Shown here piece after piece: positions 49,145 through 58,954 of a stretch of DNA of 64,000 bases. Origin of the DNA: a virus; IMG/VR virus record IMGVR_UViG_3300024966_000001, positions 1 through 64,000 of that record; one strand, given 5' to 3'. The notes under the pieces were generated by a model. That model saw only the letters and a program-made list of their open reading frames with translations, was not told the origin of the DNA and did no database searches. Position 1 is the stretch's first letter. Each line of letters starts with the position of its first letter. Both the position numbers and the translations under genes were made by a program.

Positions 49145-49552
49145 ATGCGACTTTATAACAAACAGGATTTACAGGACCCATTATTCGAGGCGCTGGACAA
49201 TAACAAAAGCGAGGTCGAATTTATCAAAAAATACGCTACCAATGTCGGTAAAATCATCAAGAAAAAGCCGCAGTTTTACCGCTATTTTGGTCCGTACTGG
49301 TGGGCTTTAAAAGCCATTATGCTTAAGTATGATGTGCCGGGAATTGATGACTTTATCGACTTGGAGTGGCTTGATCGAATCAATCTTGCCGGCGATTCTT
49401 ACGTTTGTGTAGCGGCATGGGCCATGCAGGAGAGCCGAATAGAGGCCATGGAGTTACCTACTAATTTGGTTATGTTGGAAGATGAAGACGGCAATGTAAC
49501 CGAGTGCGTAGTCATTGACCCATTTCTTGAGGCGCTAGTTAAGAGCGGTTGA
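49145..49552 (+). CDS. ulx: Ulx-like protein
   Basis: KPQFYRYFGPYWWALK resembles P1 Ulx; immediately follows darB as in P1. Confidence 0.7.
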   Translation: MRLYNKQDLQDPLFEALDNNKSEVEFIKKYATNVGKIIKKKPQFYRYFGPYWWALKAIMLKYDVPGIDDFIDLEWLDRINLAGDSYVCVAAWAMQESRIEAMELPTNLVMLEDEDGNVTECVVIDPFLEALVKSG

Positions 49553-49605
49553 ATGCAATTAATGCGACTTCGATAAGTCATAACATCGACTAGCCATATT
49601 CCACC

Positions 49606-49645
49606 GGAAAACCAACCAAAAAAACCACAACTGACGCTCCATAAT
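49606..49645 (+). promoter_or_regulatory. Late-type promoter motif copy 7
   Basis: GGAAAAC-N27-CATAAT, upstream of the portal gene. Confidence 0.75.
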
Positions 49646-49674
49646 TAGCCAAACTACCATCATAGCGGCTAATT

Positions 49675-51210
49675 ATGGCGAAAATCTTCTCACAGCTTGG
49701 TATATCAAAGCGTCAATTTATGACGACGCATGTTGATCCTGCTAAGCAAATTTCACAGGCCGATACATTCCTTTACGGTTCTGGAACCACCACAGTAGCA
49801 ACGCTGTTAGGTTCCGGTAGGCGCGTAGCCAAGGCCCGGCAACTGATCTATGAAAAGTGGTCGACCATGGAGGCTGACGCAATATGCTCATCGGCTTTGA
49901 TGCTACTTGTTACCACGGCACTCGGCGGGCATGAAACCACCGGGCAAATGGTCTTCATCGAAAAAAACCCAAAGCACCAAGACGACAAGCGCATGACTGC
50001 TATGGTCGACGAGATTGCCGAAGATTTGACCGGGCTATTTAATCGTGTCGCCTATCAAATGGCCTATACCGGGTCCGCATTCGGCGACTCTTATGCACGT
50101 ATTTACAGCAATGGCCGTGGCGTTATCGACCTTTACACGGACGAAATGGTTCGTCCGCCACTGGTACAGCCGTTTGAGCGCGGTAGTCGCACTGTCGGCT
50201 ACGCGGTCTATGTCGGAGAGCGTAATTTCGAAAAACTGGACGTTACCCAGCTGGCCCGGTTAAAAATGCCGCGTACCCAGTGGGTGCCGCAGAACGGCGT
50301 TGTCGAAAAATCATTGCGGATTGCGATTACTGAAGACGATCCTGATAAGCTGCCAATTATGCCCGCTATGGCCGGCGGCTCATTGCTTTATAACGCCGAA
50401 GAATCATATGACAACATGGTTGCATCCTTAATGGGCTTGGTCGGCCAGCGCTGGATGGATTCGATTGATGAAAAAATGCTCTCGGTCAATCTGGAGTCCA
50501 TGACCGTTGACCAACAAGACAAGTTCGTCGGCTCGATTGTAAAAATGCTCAAGCGGTCAAAGGAGCTGGCCGAAAATGCCGTCAAGGGCGGAAAGCCGAT
50601 CATGGAGCGTATCCGGCATATCATTCCGGTATTCAATGAAAAGCAAGTCACGCAAATTGACGCATCCGGCGCACAAACAGGCCGTTCCGGGACTATTTCC
50701 ATTGAAGATGTCATCCTACATGCCCGGCTAATGTCCGGCGCTATTGGCGTTGATTTGGCGATGCTGGGTTTTGCCGACCAGCTCAGCGGCGGACTTGGTG
50801 ATGGTGGTTTTTTCAGGGTATCGGCTCAGGCCGCAGAGCGCGCGCGGGTGATTCGTTCGGCACTGGCCGATTTCTTCAACGATGTCATCGATATTCATAC
50901 CCTTAAGCGCTATGGCGTGGTTTTCCCGGCCAATGACCGGCCTTGGGCAATGAATTTTTATGGCTCCATTTCCTCACTCGAAGCCGAAAGGCAGCGCAGC
51001 AAAGTAGACGGCGCCAACGCGGGAATGGTCTTGGCGCAAGCCATTCAAATGTTCAAAGACATGGGCTGCACGTCTGAAATTTTAGCGGACATACTCAGCA
51101 AAGAATTTCTGCTAGACGAAGAGCAAGCCAAAATGTACGCCAAGATTTTGGATGTTAAGCCGCCCGAGCCGCCTGAAGGCGATGGCGGCAATGGCGGTGG
51201 GTTTCGATGA
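49675..51210 (+). CDS. Portal protein (P1 Prt-like)
   Basis: 511 aa; FGDSYARIY, GGSLL, IEDVI...GVDLAMLGFADQLSGGLGDGGFFRVS. Confidence 0.82.
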   Translation: MAKIFSQLGISKRQFMTTHVDPAKQISQADTFLYGSGTTTVATLLGSGRRVAKARQLIYEKWSTMEADAICSSALMLLVTTALGGHETTGQMVFIEKNPKHQDDKRMTAMVDEIAEDLTGLFNRVAYQMAYTGSAFGDSYARIYSNGRGVIDLYTDEMVRPPLVQPFERGSRTVGYAVYVGERNFEKLDVTQLARLKMPRTQWVPQNGVVEKSLRIAITEDDPDKLPIMPAMAGGSLLYNAEESYDNMVASLMGLVGQRWMDSIDEKMLSVNLESMTVDQQDKFVGSIVKMLKRSKELAENAVKGGKPIMERIRHIIPVFNEKQVTQIDASGAQTGRSGTISIEDVILHARLMSGAIGVDLAMLGFADQLSGGLGDGGFFRVSAQAAERARVIRSALADFFNDVIDIHTLKRYGVVFPANDRPWAMNFYGSISSLEAERQRSKVDGANAGMVLAQAIQMFKDMGCTSEILADILSKEFLLDEEQAKMYAKILDVKPPEPPEGDGGNGGGFR

Positions 51211-52112
51211 GCCTATACGACGACATTTCAAACTCACTTTCCACAAAAGGACTGACAACCGCAGTAGGCGACGGAGTTAACTCGGCGCTGGGCGGCGTCG
51301 GTGAAGGTATAGCTGGAGCGCTGGGTGGCGGCACATTCGGCAAGGCCGTTTCCAATATCGGCACCAGCATGGCTCGTAATGCCGCCGTCGGCCTGGTCAA
51401 TAAATACGTACCAGCCAAAGTGCAGCGCCTGGCGAATGCCGGTACCGGTGCATTGGGCGACATCATGAACGGCGATTTTAACAATGCCGGTCTTCGCCTG
51501 CTGGATTCTGGACTGCTCAGCGAGTTTCTGCCCGGCATGGATGGCGTCGGTTCTCAAGCTCGATACTGGGGAACGCCGACGCCGCTATTTGGCGGCATAA
51601 CCCCGGCAGAAGCACGAAGCATCTATCAAGAAATGCGCAGCAATCAATATTGTCGTAAGAATTTATGGCTGATTGAGGTTGAAAGCTGGCTGCTTGATGA
51701 TGTTTCAGGCCGATTCAATATGTTTGCTATCGATCTTGAATATACGCCGCTGACTATCTCCGGCGAAAAACGTAAGATCGGCGCAGCCCATGTGGATTGC
51801 GTCAACTCGTCCGATCCGATTGAACTGCGAATGACCACGATGGATGATACCAGTGGATTTGTTAAAAGCTGGTTCCGCACCCATTGCGCCGCCGCAGCCG
51901 CACCAGACGGCACTGTAGGCGTTCCATCCGAATATGCTATCAAGATAAAAGTCGTTCACGGCTTCATTACCCAGAGCAGTAACCTTGGCGGTTATCAGGA
52001 TCTTGGGTTATTCCGTTGCGCATCAATGGACGTAAGCCTGTCCCGTCGTGAAGATGGGTTGCAAGAACTACCGTTAACATTTGTCCAGTTGGACACCTTT
52101 ATTAAACCGTAA
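51207..52112 (+). CDS. Tail-tube-fold baseplate protein with Gly-rich N-terminus
   Basis: FNMFAIDLEY...ELRMTTMDD...LPLTFVQ. Confidence 0.55.
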   Translation: MSLYDDISNSLSTKGLTTAVGDGVNSALGGVGEGIAGALGGGTFGKAVSNIGTSMARNAAVGLVNKYVPAKVQRLANAGTGALGDIMNGDFNNAGLRLLDSGLLSEFLPGMDGVGSQARYWGTPTPLFGGITPAEARSIYQEMRSNQYCRKNLWLIEVESWLLDDVSGRFNMFAIDLEYTPLTISGEKRKIGAAHVDCVNSSDPIELRMTTMDDTSGFVKSWFRTHCAAAAAPDGTVGVPSEYAIKIKVVHGFITQSSNLGGYQDLGLFRCASMDVSLSRREDGLQELPLTFVQLDTFIKP

Positions 52113-52115
52113 ATC

Positions 52116-54692
52116 ATGCCTCTACAATCCGACTCACAAGGCTTTTTAATCGGCGATGTCGTTACCGATATTCGCCGTGCAACCGATCATCTTCTGGCAA
52201 TCCGCGCCGATATAAGGGCAATTAAAAACGCAGTTTCCGGCGTGTCGCCTGGGAGCCGAGAAAGCGGCAATGCTCGCGGTTCCGACAGCGGAGGCAGTAT
52301 CCGCGCCAATAGTCTCCGCAGTAGCACTGCTACACCAACCGGCTCGGTAGGTGGAAATCCAAGTCCGGCGATTAGGGATTTATCATTGATAAATTCCAAT
52401 GAAGTGGCTACGCCAGGTGGAAGAACCCGTGATGCTTCTGGAAGATTTATTGCAAACAGAAATGCCGGGGCGGATTCATCTGGAGCGCCAGGTGATGATC
52501 CCGAGGATAAAAATAAAAATAAAGAAAAAGAACAGGGTCGCCTTTTAAATGGCTTCGCAAACCGGATTGCCACAGCCATAACCGCAACAACTGCTGGCGC
52601 CGAAGAAGCCGATCCAACCATCAAAGCATTTAAAGAAGTCGCTGAACCGCTTGCCCGAGGTTATGAAATATTTGCCGGTGGTGACAAAAAAGAGCGCTGG
52701 TATAGGAAAATATTTGGCGTACTCAATAAGATTAGAGGAGAAGAATCGATATTCAACCGCATAGCCAGAAGTTTGCATAATATTGAGAATAACCCTGGCG
52801 GATCGGGTGGTGCCGGTGGAAGTGGCGGTAGTGGTGGAGTAGGTGGCGGCTTAATAGGCATGTTGGCCGGGCTGATGGGTGGTAGAGGCTTGCTTGGCGC
52901 GGGTAGAGGATTGCTTGGTGCTGGAGCGGGATTATTAGGCGGCGCAGGAAGGGGTTTGCTTGGTGCAGGCAAGGGATTATTTAAGAGAATACCTATTCTT
53001 GGCGCCCTACTTGGTGGCATGACAGCCGCTTCTGATGTTTACGGGGCTGAAAATGATAATACCTTAGCGCGCGGGGAAAAAGACAGGCGAGACGGCAAAG
53101 CGGCCGGCGGCTTGGCCGGAAGCTTCGCGGGGATGGCAGCAGGAGCTAAGCTGGGTGCAATGGCGGGAGCTTTTGGTGGCCCCATTGGTGCGGCTATAGG
53201 GGGGGTAGTCGGCGGCGCAGCGGGAATGTTCTTCGGTGATCAAGCTGGGCAAATTATCGGCGAGAAAATGGGGGAATGGACAACCCAACTTCGTGAGGCG
53301 GACATACCTGGCAAGATTGTTGGGGCGTGGGAAACAACAACCAGTGCCATAAAAAGCGGCTGGGACGGCGCTTTAAAGCTGATGTCAGATACTTGGGGCA
53401 AAGCCAAAGACCTTGGCAATGCGGCTAATGACTTTGTGAAGGACAAGACCGGGATTGATGTAAAAGCAGAAGTTAAAAACGCCTATGACGACGTAGTTAA
53501 ATATACCACAGATACCGTTATTCCATCCTTAGTAGACCTGAAAAACAAGGGGGTTGATGCAGCGGGAAAGGGTGCTCAATGGGTTGGTGAGAACACGACA
53601 GTAGGCAAAGGAGCCAAGGCCGCATGGAATGGAATGAAATCAATTGGTGATATTTTACGTGGTGGCGAAAGTGGTAAGGAGGGCTATAACGCATATAACC
53701 GCGGTACTGGGTTAGGATCAAATGGGCATAGAGATTTAACCAATATGACCATTGCTGATATTCAATCAGCTCAAGAATTACCAAAGAGCGATAAAGGCAG
53801 ATTAATGGCTGTTGGCAAATATCAAATGATGCCGTCAACATTAAAAGAGGGGGCTGAAGCATTGAAGCTTGGGTCGGATGCAAAATTCGATGAAGCAACT
53901 CAAGAGAAGCTATTTAGTCAGTACCTACTTGGCAAGAAGCGCCCACAAATTCAAGATTACATCACAGGTAAAAGCGATGATGCGCAAGCTGCTCAAATAG
54001 CCGGCGCAAAAGAATGGAGGTCGATTGCTGACCCGCGAACAGGAAAAACCTATGCAGATAAAGGCGCTTCCGGCAATAAAGCATCTATTTCATCGGATGA
54101 CTGGTTGTCGTCGATGGATGCAGCTAAAAAACAATACCAAGAGAACCTAAAGCTGGGTTTAAATGAAACAGAGGCATACAGCAAGGCCGTTTCCGGACTA
54201 CAAGCGGTCACCGCTATTAATGAAGCGGGAACGCCAACCGCCATGCCGTCTTTAGCCGACGATCCAACCCAGAGCGGCCGCTTCAAATACGAAACGCTTG
54301 AAGGCGGAACTGTTCAAGTAACTGATAGTCAAGATGGTACGATTTCACTTGCCAGCGACGAGCAGGCCAACGCCTACAGAAAGCAGCAGGGTAAGCCGTA
54401 TTTAGATGCGTTTGCTAAGGCCAATAACCCGGATTCTTACAGGTCGCTTAATAGCTTCGTATCGGGACCAGGCAACGCCGCCCAGGTGCAAGTTGCCTCA
54501 GCACCGCCCATAAAACCGCCGGTATTCGCGCCGCCTCCGCCAATTCCCGAAGCACCGCCGATAATCGAGCCGCTGGCCAGTAATTCAAACCGCAGTATGA
54601 CGGTATCGATGCCAGCACAGGATGTTGGACAGGATGTTAAGGATAGAGGGATTGCGCACATTGTTACAGGAGGATATTCAAGTCGCGGGTAA
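52116..54692 (+). CDS. Tape measure protein with lysozyme-like domain (P1 Sit-like)
   Basis: GRGLLGA repeats, Gly/Ala-rich TM region, GES...YNAYN...AVGKYQMMPSTL...FDEATQE. Confidence 0.8.
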   Translation: MPLQSDSQGFLIGDVVTDIRRATDHLLAIRADIRAIKNAVSGVSPGSRESGNARGSDSGGSIRANSLRSSTATPTGSVGGNPSPAIRDLSLINSNEVATPGGRTRDASGRFIANRNAGADSSGAPGDDPEDKNKNKEKEQGRLLNGFANRIATAITATTAGAEEADPTIKAFKEVAEPLARGYEIFAGGDKKERWYRKIFGVLNKIRGEESIFNRIARSLHNIENNPGGSGGAGGSGGSGGVGGGLIGMLAGLMGGRGLLGAGRGLLGAGAGLLGGAGRGLLGAGKGLFKRIPILGALLGGMTAASDVYGAENDNTLARGEKDRRDGKAAGGLAGSFAGMAAGAKLGAMAGAFGGPIGAAIGGVVGGAAGMFFGDQAGQIIGEKMGEWTTQLREADIPGKIVGAWETTTSAIKSGWDGALKLMSDTWGKAKDLGNAANDFVKDKTGIDVKAEVKNAYDDVVKYTTDTVIPSLVDLKNKGVDAAGKGAQWVGENTTVGKGAKAAWNGMKSIGDILRGGESGKEGYNAYNRGTGLGSNGHRDLTNMTIADIQSAQELPKSDKGRLMAVGKYQMMPSTLKEGAEALKLGSDAKFDEATQEKLFSQYLLGKKRPQIQDYITGKSDDAQAAQIAGAKEWRSIADPRTGKTYADKGASGNKASISSDDWLSSMDAAKKQYQENLKLGLNETEAYSKAVSGLQAVTAINEAGTPTAMPSLADDPTQSGRFKYETLEGGTVQVTDSQDGTISLASDEQANAYRKQQGKPYLDAFAKANNPDSYRSLNSFVSGPGNAAQVQVASAPPIKPPVFAPPPPIPEAPPIIEPLASNSNRSMTVSMPAQDVGQDVKDRGIAHIVTGGYSSRG

Positions 54693-54693
54693 A

Positions 54694-55390
54694 TCATTTT
54701 CCTTTCAAAGCATCCCGTAAGCCAGCAATTCCTTTTTTATGGGATTCTGCGTTAAACGCTTTTGGCTCTGTTTTTTTCGGTGCTTTTGAACGTGAATCTT
54801 CGAGCGCTTTGCGAACAGATAGTCCTTTATCAAACGATACCTGCGCGCAATCTTGAATACCGCGAACATCAAATTCATCTATTTCTTCGGAAGCCAAAGC
54901 TTCGGCAAGGCCAATGGCCGCCAATGAAGACATTTTTGCATGGTCGCGGATGTTTATTTTTTTTGGAAGATTTGGCTTGTTCTCGCGAATGCCTTGTTCT
55001 ATTTCAGATTTATTCTTGTTAAAAATGCCCTTGTAAATCTTATTGGTGCATTGGCCTATTTCATGGCCGGGCTTAACATCATGCTCTATCAGAGTTGATG
55101 TATAAACTTTACGTGTGTCGATATACTGCTCGCGCTTAGAGATCCATTGATCGTCATGCCCTTGATTTTTCCATGACGCCTTTGCTCTTTCTCGGCTCCG
55201 AGTTATACCAAGCTCGGGATCTATAGTTTCTTCGAGTCTTTCCTTAAACACCTGATTAACAGCAAGATGAAGCTCTGGAGAAAGATATTGCGCATAAGAC
55301 AAAGCGAGCTGCCAGTGCGCCCAGGTGCCGCCATTAACTCCACGTCTTGTTTTTAAAACGGGGGATTTACCCCCATTTATTGATTCTATT
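54694..55390 (-). pseudogene. KilA-N domain protein, apparently 5'-truncated
   Basis: KTRRGVNGGTWAHWQLALSYAQYLSPELH is present, but the first half of KilA-N and a credible start are missing. Confidence 0.6.
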
Positions 55391-55430
55391 ACCTTTTTGG
55401 CACTAATTAACCTGACATGAGATTTAAACC

Positions 55431-55652
55431 ATGCAAACACAAGACTGGCAGGCGACCGCAAAGAACATTCTAAAAGCAGAGCTAAAGCGTAAGGGGGTTG
55501 ATTACGAAACCCTTGCTGAGAAGCTTAAGGGATTTGGGATAGAGGAAAGCTATAACAGCATCAATACCAAGATCAACCGGGGAACCTTTACCTTTCAGTT
55601 CTTCTTGCAGTGCATGAAGGCTATCGGAGTTAATGACATTAGACTTTACTAG
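55431..55652 (+). CDS. DUF6471-like small HTH protein
   Basis: WQATAKNILKAELKRKGVDYETLAEKL...KINRGTFTFQFFLQCMKAIG. Confidence 0.85.
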   Translation: MQTQDWQATAKNILKAELKRKGVDYETLAEKLKGFGIEESYNSINTKINRGTFTFQFFLQCMKAIGVNDIRLY

Positions 55653-55751
55653 AGGAAGCATAAAAATATAAATGGGAATAATTTGGGAATATTTTGCTAT
55701 AAATTTTCAGTTTTTGTGTATAATGGATTATCGAAAAAAGGTAAGAGGATT

Positions 55752-56375
55752 ATGATGATTTCAAGCGCTGAAGCTGTAGAAATTTTAGAGTTACATTTTG
55801 CTGCATTTCATAAAGTCGCGCATGATGCGTGGGATGCATATTTGGAAATACCTGAGAAATCCAGAATGGGACTCTCCAAGCGTTCAAGAGCTAGCATAGT
55901 GCATGATTACATGATTCTTGAAGCTGCAAAATATGCGGACTCAGCAGATGGAATTAAGTTATTTAATCTTAAAATGCTATACGGATTGGTAATTGACAAT
56001 GTTGCCATAAGGTTTAAAAAATTTAATGAGCTCAATTTATCAAGCAATAATTTAACCGCTCAAGTTAAAAATTTTAGGAACCAGCTTCAAATAGAAGGAA
56101 TTCCAGCCATTTGCCACCTAGAAGTTGGATATAGCCTAGATGATCATGAAAAAGAAATTTCTCAAGTTACGCTGGCATGTCCGGGTGGAGTAAGAAGTAA
56201 CATTTGGGAAATGGAGCTCAATGGGGCAGAAGCTATTCCATTAGTTGAAAACATATTTGATTCAATTAAAAAGGACGACATAAAACCTTCAATAATCAAA
56301 TCGAAGAAAAAAGGCGAGGTTATCCCGATTGGAATAGCCTCAGGAGAGCAAAAAGATGGTAACGACGACAAGTAA
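55752..56375 (+). CDS. Hypothetical protein coupled to the ImmA/IrrE gene
   Basis: GAGG RBS; IRFKKF...SSNNLT motif; overlaps the next gene. Confidence 0.75.
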   Translation: MMISSAEAVEILELHFAAFHKVAHDAWDAYLEIPEKSRMGLSKRSRASIVHDYMILEAAKYADSADGIKLFNLKMLYGLVIDNVAIRFKKFNELNLSSNNLTAQVKNFRNQLQIEGIPAICHLEVGYSLDDHEKEISQVTLACPGGVRSNIWEMELNGAEAIPLVENIFDSIKKDDIKPSIIKSKKKGEVIPIGIASGEQKDGNDDK

Positions 56376-57462
56376 AATTAATGGAGACCTACTAATTCTT
56401 GCTAGAGAATATCGTGCAATAACGCAAGAAGAACTCGCAAAAAAAATAAATATTGCCCAATCTACTATCGCAAAAATTGAAAATGGCATTAAAAATGATG
56501 TTGATAATGAGATGGCTGAATTAATATCCAGAGAACTAGACTTTCCCGTCGAGTTTTTTTATCAGCAAGAGGATATTTTGAGTTTTGGATCGAGCGCTTA
56601 TTTTTATAGAAAGAGGGCAACAATGCCTGCATCTGAGCGAAAAAGAATCCATAGCATTGTTAATATCACAAGAATAGGTATAAAAAAAATTCTTAAATTT
56701 GTTGATATTGAGCCTACCTTGTCTCTTCCTGAAGTAGAAATTGATGAATATGGCAATAGCGCCTCACAAGTTGCAAAAGCGATCAGGGTTTTTTGGCATT
56801 TAGCCGACGGCCCAATAAAAAATCTTACAGGATTGTTAGAAAGCGCAGGAATTATAATAATTCCATGTGATTTTGGCACGAGAGCAATCGACGCGACCAG
56901 CTTAAGACTCTCTGAGATGCCGCCGCTTATCTTTATAAATAGAGACATTCCTGGGGATAGATGGCGATTTACTTTAGCTCATGAGTTAGCTCATCTGATC
57001 ATGCATCGAATTCCTCACGAGAGAATGGAGCAAGAGGCAGATGAATTCGCAGCAGAATTTTTAGTTCCTGAAATTGAGGTTAAACCCCAATTCAGAATGA
57101 TTCCAACTTTAAAACTACCGGATTTAATAAAATTAAAAGAATTTTGGAAGGTTTCTATAGCTATGCTTGTAATGCGCGCAAAGTCGCTGGATATAATTAA
57201 TGACACACAAGTGCGCTATCAATTCATGATGTTAAGTAAAAGTGGTTATCGTATTAATGAACCAGCTCCTTTACAAAAAGAAGTTACAAGTAGTATTGGC
57301 AGGATTCTATCTGCAATGGTTGATGACAGCGGATTAACAAAAGAAGATATAGCAACAGCACTCAAGTGGTCTGTTCGCGATACGGAATATTTACTTCCTT
57401 TACCGTTTCAGGTCAATAGAACTCAGTTACGACTTGTAAGGCAGGGTAATAAAAGATATTAA
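56356..57462 (+). CDS. XRE HTH plus ImmA/IrrE metallopeptidase
   Basis: LAREYRAITQEELAKK HTH; RWRFTLAHELAHLIMH; EADEFAAEFL. Confidence 0.92.
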   Translation: MVTTTSKINGDLLILAREYRAITQEELAKKINIAQSTIAKIENGIKNDVDNEMAELISRELDFPVEFFYQQEDILSFGSSAYFYRKRATMPASERKRIHSIVNITRIGIKKILKFVDIEPTLSLPEVEIDEYGNSASQVAKAIRVFWHLADGPIKNLTGLLESAGIIIIPCDFGTRAIDATSLRLSEMPPLIFINRDIPGDRWRFTLAHELAHLIMHRIPHERMEQEADEFAAEFLVPEIEVKPQFRMIPTLKLPDLIKLKEFWKVSIAMLVMRAKSLDIINDTQVRYQFMMLSKSGYRINEPAPLQKEVTSSIGRILSAMVDDSGLTKEDIATALKWSVRDTEYLLPLPFQVNRTQLRLVRQGNKRY

Positions 57463-57470
57463 TAAGATTC

Positions 57471-57500
57471 GAGCCAATGACGCGCCAACGTCATTGGCTC
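57471..57500. other. Perfect 12-bp hairpin
   Basis: GAGCCAATGACG-CGCCAA-CGTCATTGGCTC, without a U tract. Confidence 0.8.
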
Positions 57501-57622
57501 CTAGTGACATGGAAGTCGAGCATCCCTCTGTCACCTACAGCTTGTCCTAGCAGACTCCATGAATAATAGTCTATTCATAGGTTGTAGGCAAATATTGCTC
57601 TCCATATTACTTGGAGATAAAC

Positions 57623-57751
57623 ATGAGAAATGTTTACAACAGAGTAAAAGATGTATTTGTTAACAAATATACTCGATTCCGTTTCGGACGTATCGAGCAT
57701 GTTTGCCAACATTGGCGGTCGCATCCTGGGCAGCTAGATTTGTTTAATTAA
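57623..57751 (+). CDS. 42-aa peptide with a C-terminal beta-clamp-binding motif
   Basis: GGAG RBS; MRNVYNRVKDVFVNKYTRFRFGRIEHVCQHWRSHPGQLDLFN*; followed by a terminator-like hairpin at about 57763-57802. Confidence 0.7.
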   Translation: MRNVYNRVKDVFVNKYTRFRFGRIEHVCQHWRSHPGQLDLFN

Positions 57752-57853
57752 TACTGCTATTTTGCCGTGCCATTTGAAAATAATGGCGCGGCATTTTTAT
57801 TTCCGCCTTTGTGCGGCTGCTACATAATACTGAAAAATAACGAAAGTTGTCAA

Positions 57854-58147
57854 TTACTCGGATTTTTTAACAAGTTCAACTGATATTAATTTTTTAAGTG
57901 TTCCGCCATATTCATTTTTTTCCACCATTGCAGTGGCTTTGCAAACATCGCCGCCATGACATTTATCAAATATTTTTTTTGACTTTGGGTCATTAGAAAT
58001 AAAGGTTATGTCATTGCCACTTTCGTCAGTAATTGATGAGTCTAACGTACCGTATTGCAATACTCCGGTGACAGTTACTTTCTCATCTTTTGCTTGAGCA
58101 GAAAACGCAATAAATAATCCTAACGCCATAACAACAACTTTTTTCAT
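57854..58147 (-). CDS. Small secreted protein
   Basis: GGAG RBS; signal peptide MKKVVVMALGLFIAFSAQA. Confidence 0.75.
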   Translation of the reverse strand: MKKVVVMALGLFIAFSAQAKDEKVTVTGVLQYGTLDSSITDESGNDITFISNDPKSKKIFDKCHGGDVCKATAMVEKNEYGGTLKKLISVELVKKSE

Positions 58148-58242
58148 ACCATTCTCCAAATTTAATCGCTAACAAAAATCATAAGCCGCGCATGGTCGCC
58201 GAAGCTGGGCGTTATGTCAATCGTGTTAGGGTGCATAAAGTC

Positions 58243-58282
58243 GGAAAATCAGAGAAAAGCTTTATAAATCCATGAATATAAT
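58243..58282 (+). promoter_or_regulatory. Late-type promoter motif copy 8
   Basis: GGAAAAT-N27-TATAAT. Confidence 0.6.
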
Positions 58283-58321
58283 AAAGCCAACTATCGGGGC
58301 GTGTCGCTTGCTCGGTCGTAC

Positions 58322-58636
58322 TTAGTTTGTTTGCAGTAAAGACATGACATTGCAGGCCAAGCCAATAATTTGCATGAAAAAACCGGCTGCTAATAACTTG
58401 GTCCCGGTTTTTTCTGCCTCATTGACTTGGTTATGCATACCATGAATCTGAATATTACGAATATTCTCCCCCCTTGCTCTGGCGGCATTGACTTGAAAAT
58501 TAATATCCAGCGCCCGGACAGCCAAAGAGAGCGAGCCAAGAATTTTTGTAACCCTCCACGATACAAGCAAGGTTCCAATAAACATGAAAACAGCACTCAG
58601 TATTTTTAATAGATTTACATCAATTTCGAGGATCAT
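58322..58636 (-). CDS. Two-TM membrane protein
   Basis: N- and C-terminal hydrophobic helices. Confidence 0.6.
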   Translation of the reverse strand: MILEIDVNLLKILSAVFMFIGTLLVSWRVTKILGSLSLAVRALDINFQVNAARARGENIRNIQIHGMHNQVNEAEKTGTKLLAAGFFMQIIGLACNVMSLLQTN

Positions 58637-58640
58637 AAAA

Positions 58641-58856
58641 ATGTGGCCATTTAAAAAAAGTAAAAAATCAGAACCTGTAAAAGATTTATATTCGTTTACT
58701 CCTCAAGACGATATTACCGCTCTTGAATGTGCTGATTTCTTAAGTGATTCGACTAGGTTCAGAATTATAACCGAAGACTATGTAAGCAATCTTCCCGACT
58801 CGATGAAAAGGCATTTCCAAAAAATATCTGCATCCGATTGCGAGTCCAAGCAATAG
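58641..58856 (+). CDS. Hypothetical protein
   Basis: GAGG RBS; MWPFKKSKK...FTPQDDITALE. Confidence 0.6.
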   Translation: MWPFKKSKKSEPVKDLYSFTPQDDITALECADFLSDSTRFRIITEDYVSNLPDSMKRHFQKISASDCESKQ

Positions 58857-58884
58857 CTCGGGATAAGCCGCTTTTTTCGCCATA

Positions 58885-58924
58885 GGAAAACGGTGTAAAT
58901 ACAACTAAATTTAGGCAATAACAT
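58885..58924 (+). promoter_or_regulatory. Late-type promoter motif copy 9
   Basis: GGAAAAC-N27-TAACAT. Confidence 0.7.
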
Positions 58925-58954
58925 AATGACTCTATAATTTTTACGGAGTCAATT

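Noticed and set aside
52795-52980. GGCTTGCTTGGC-type nucleotide repeats
   Set aside because: They encode GRGLLGA repeats typical of tape measure proteins.
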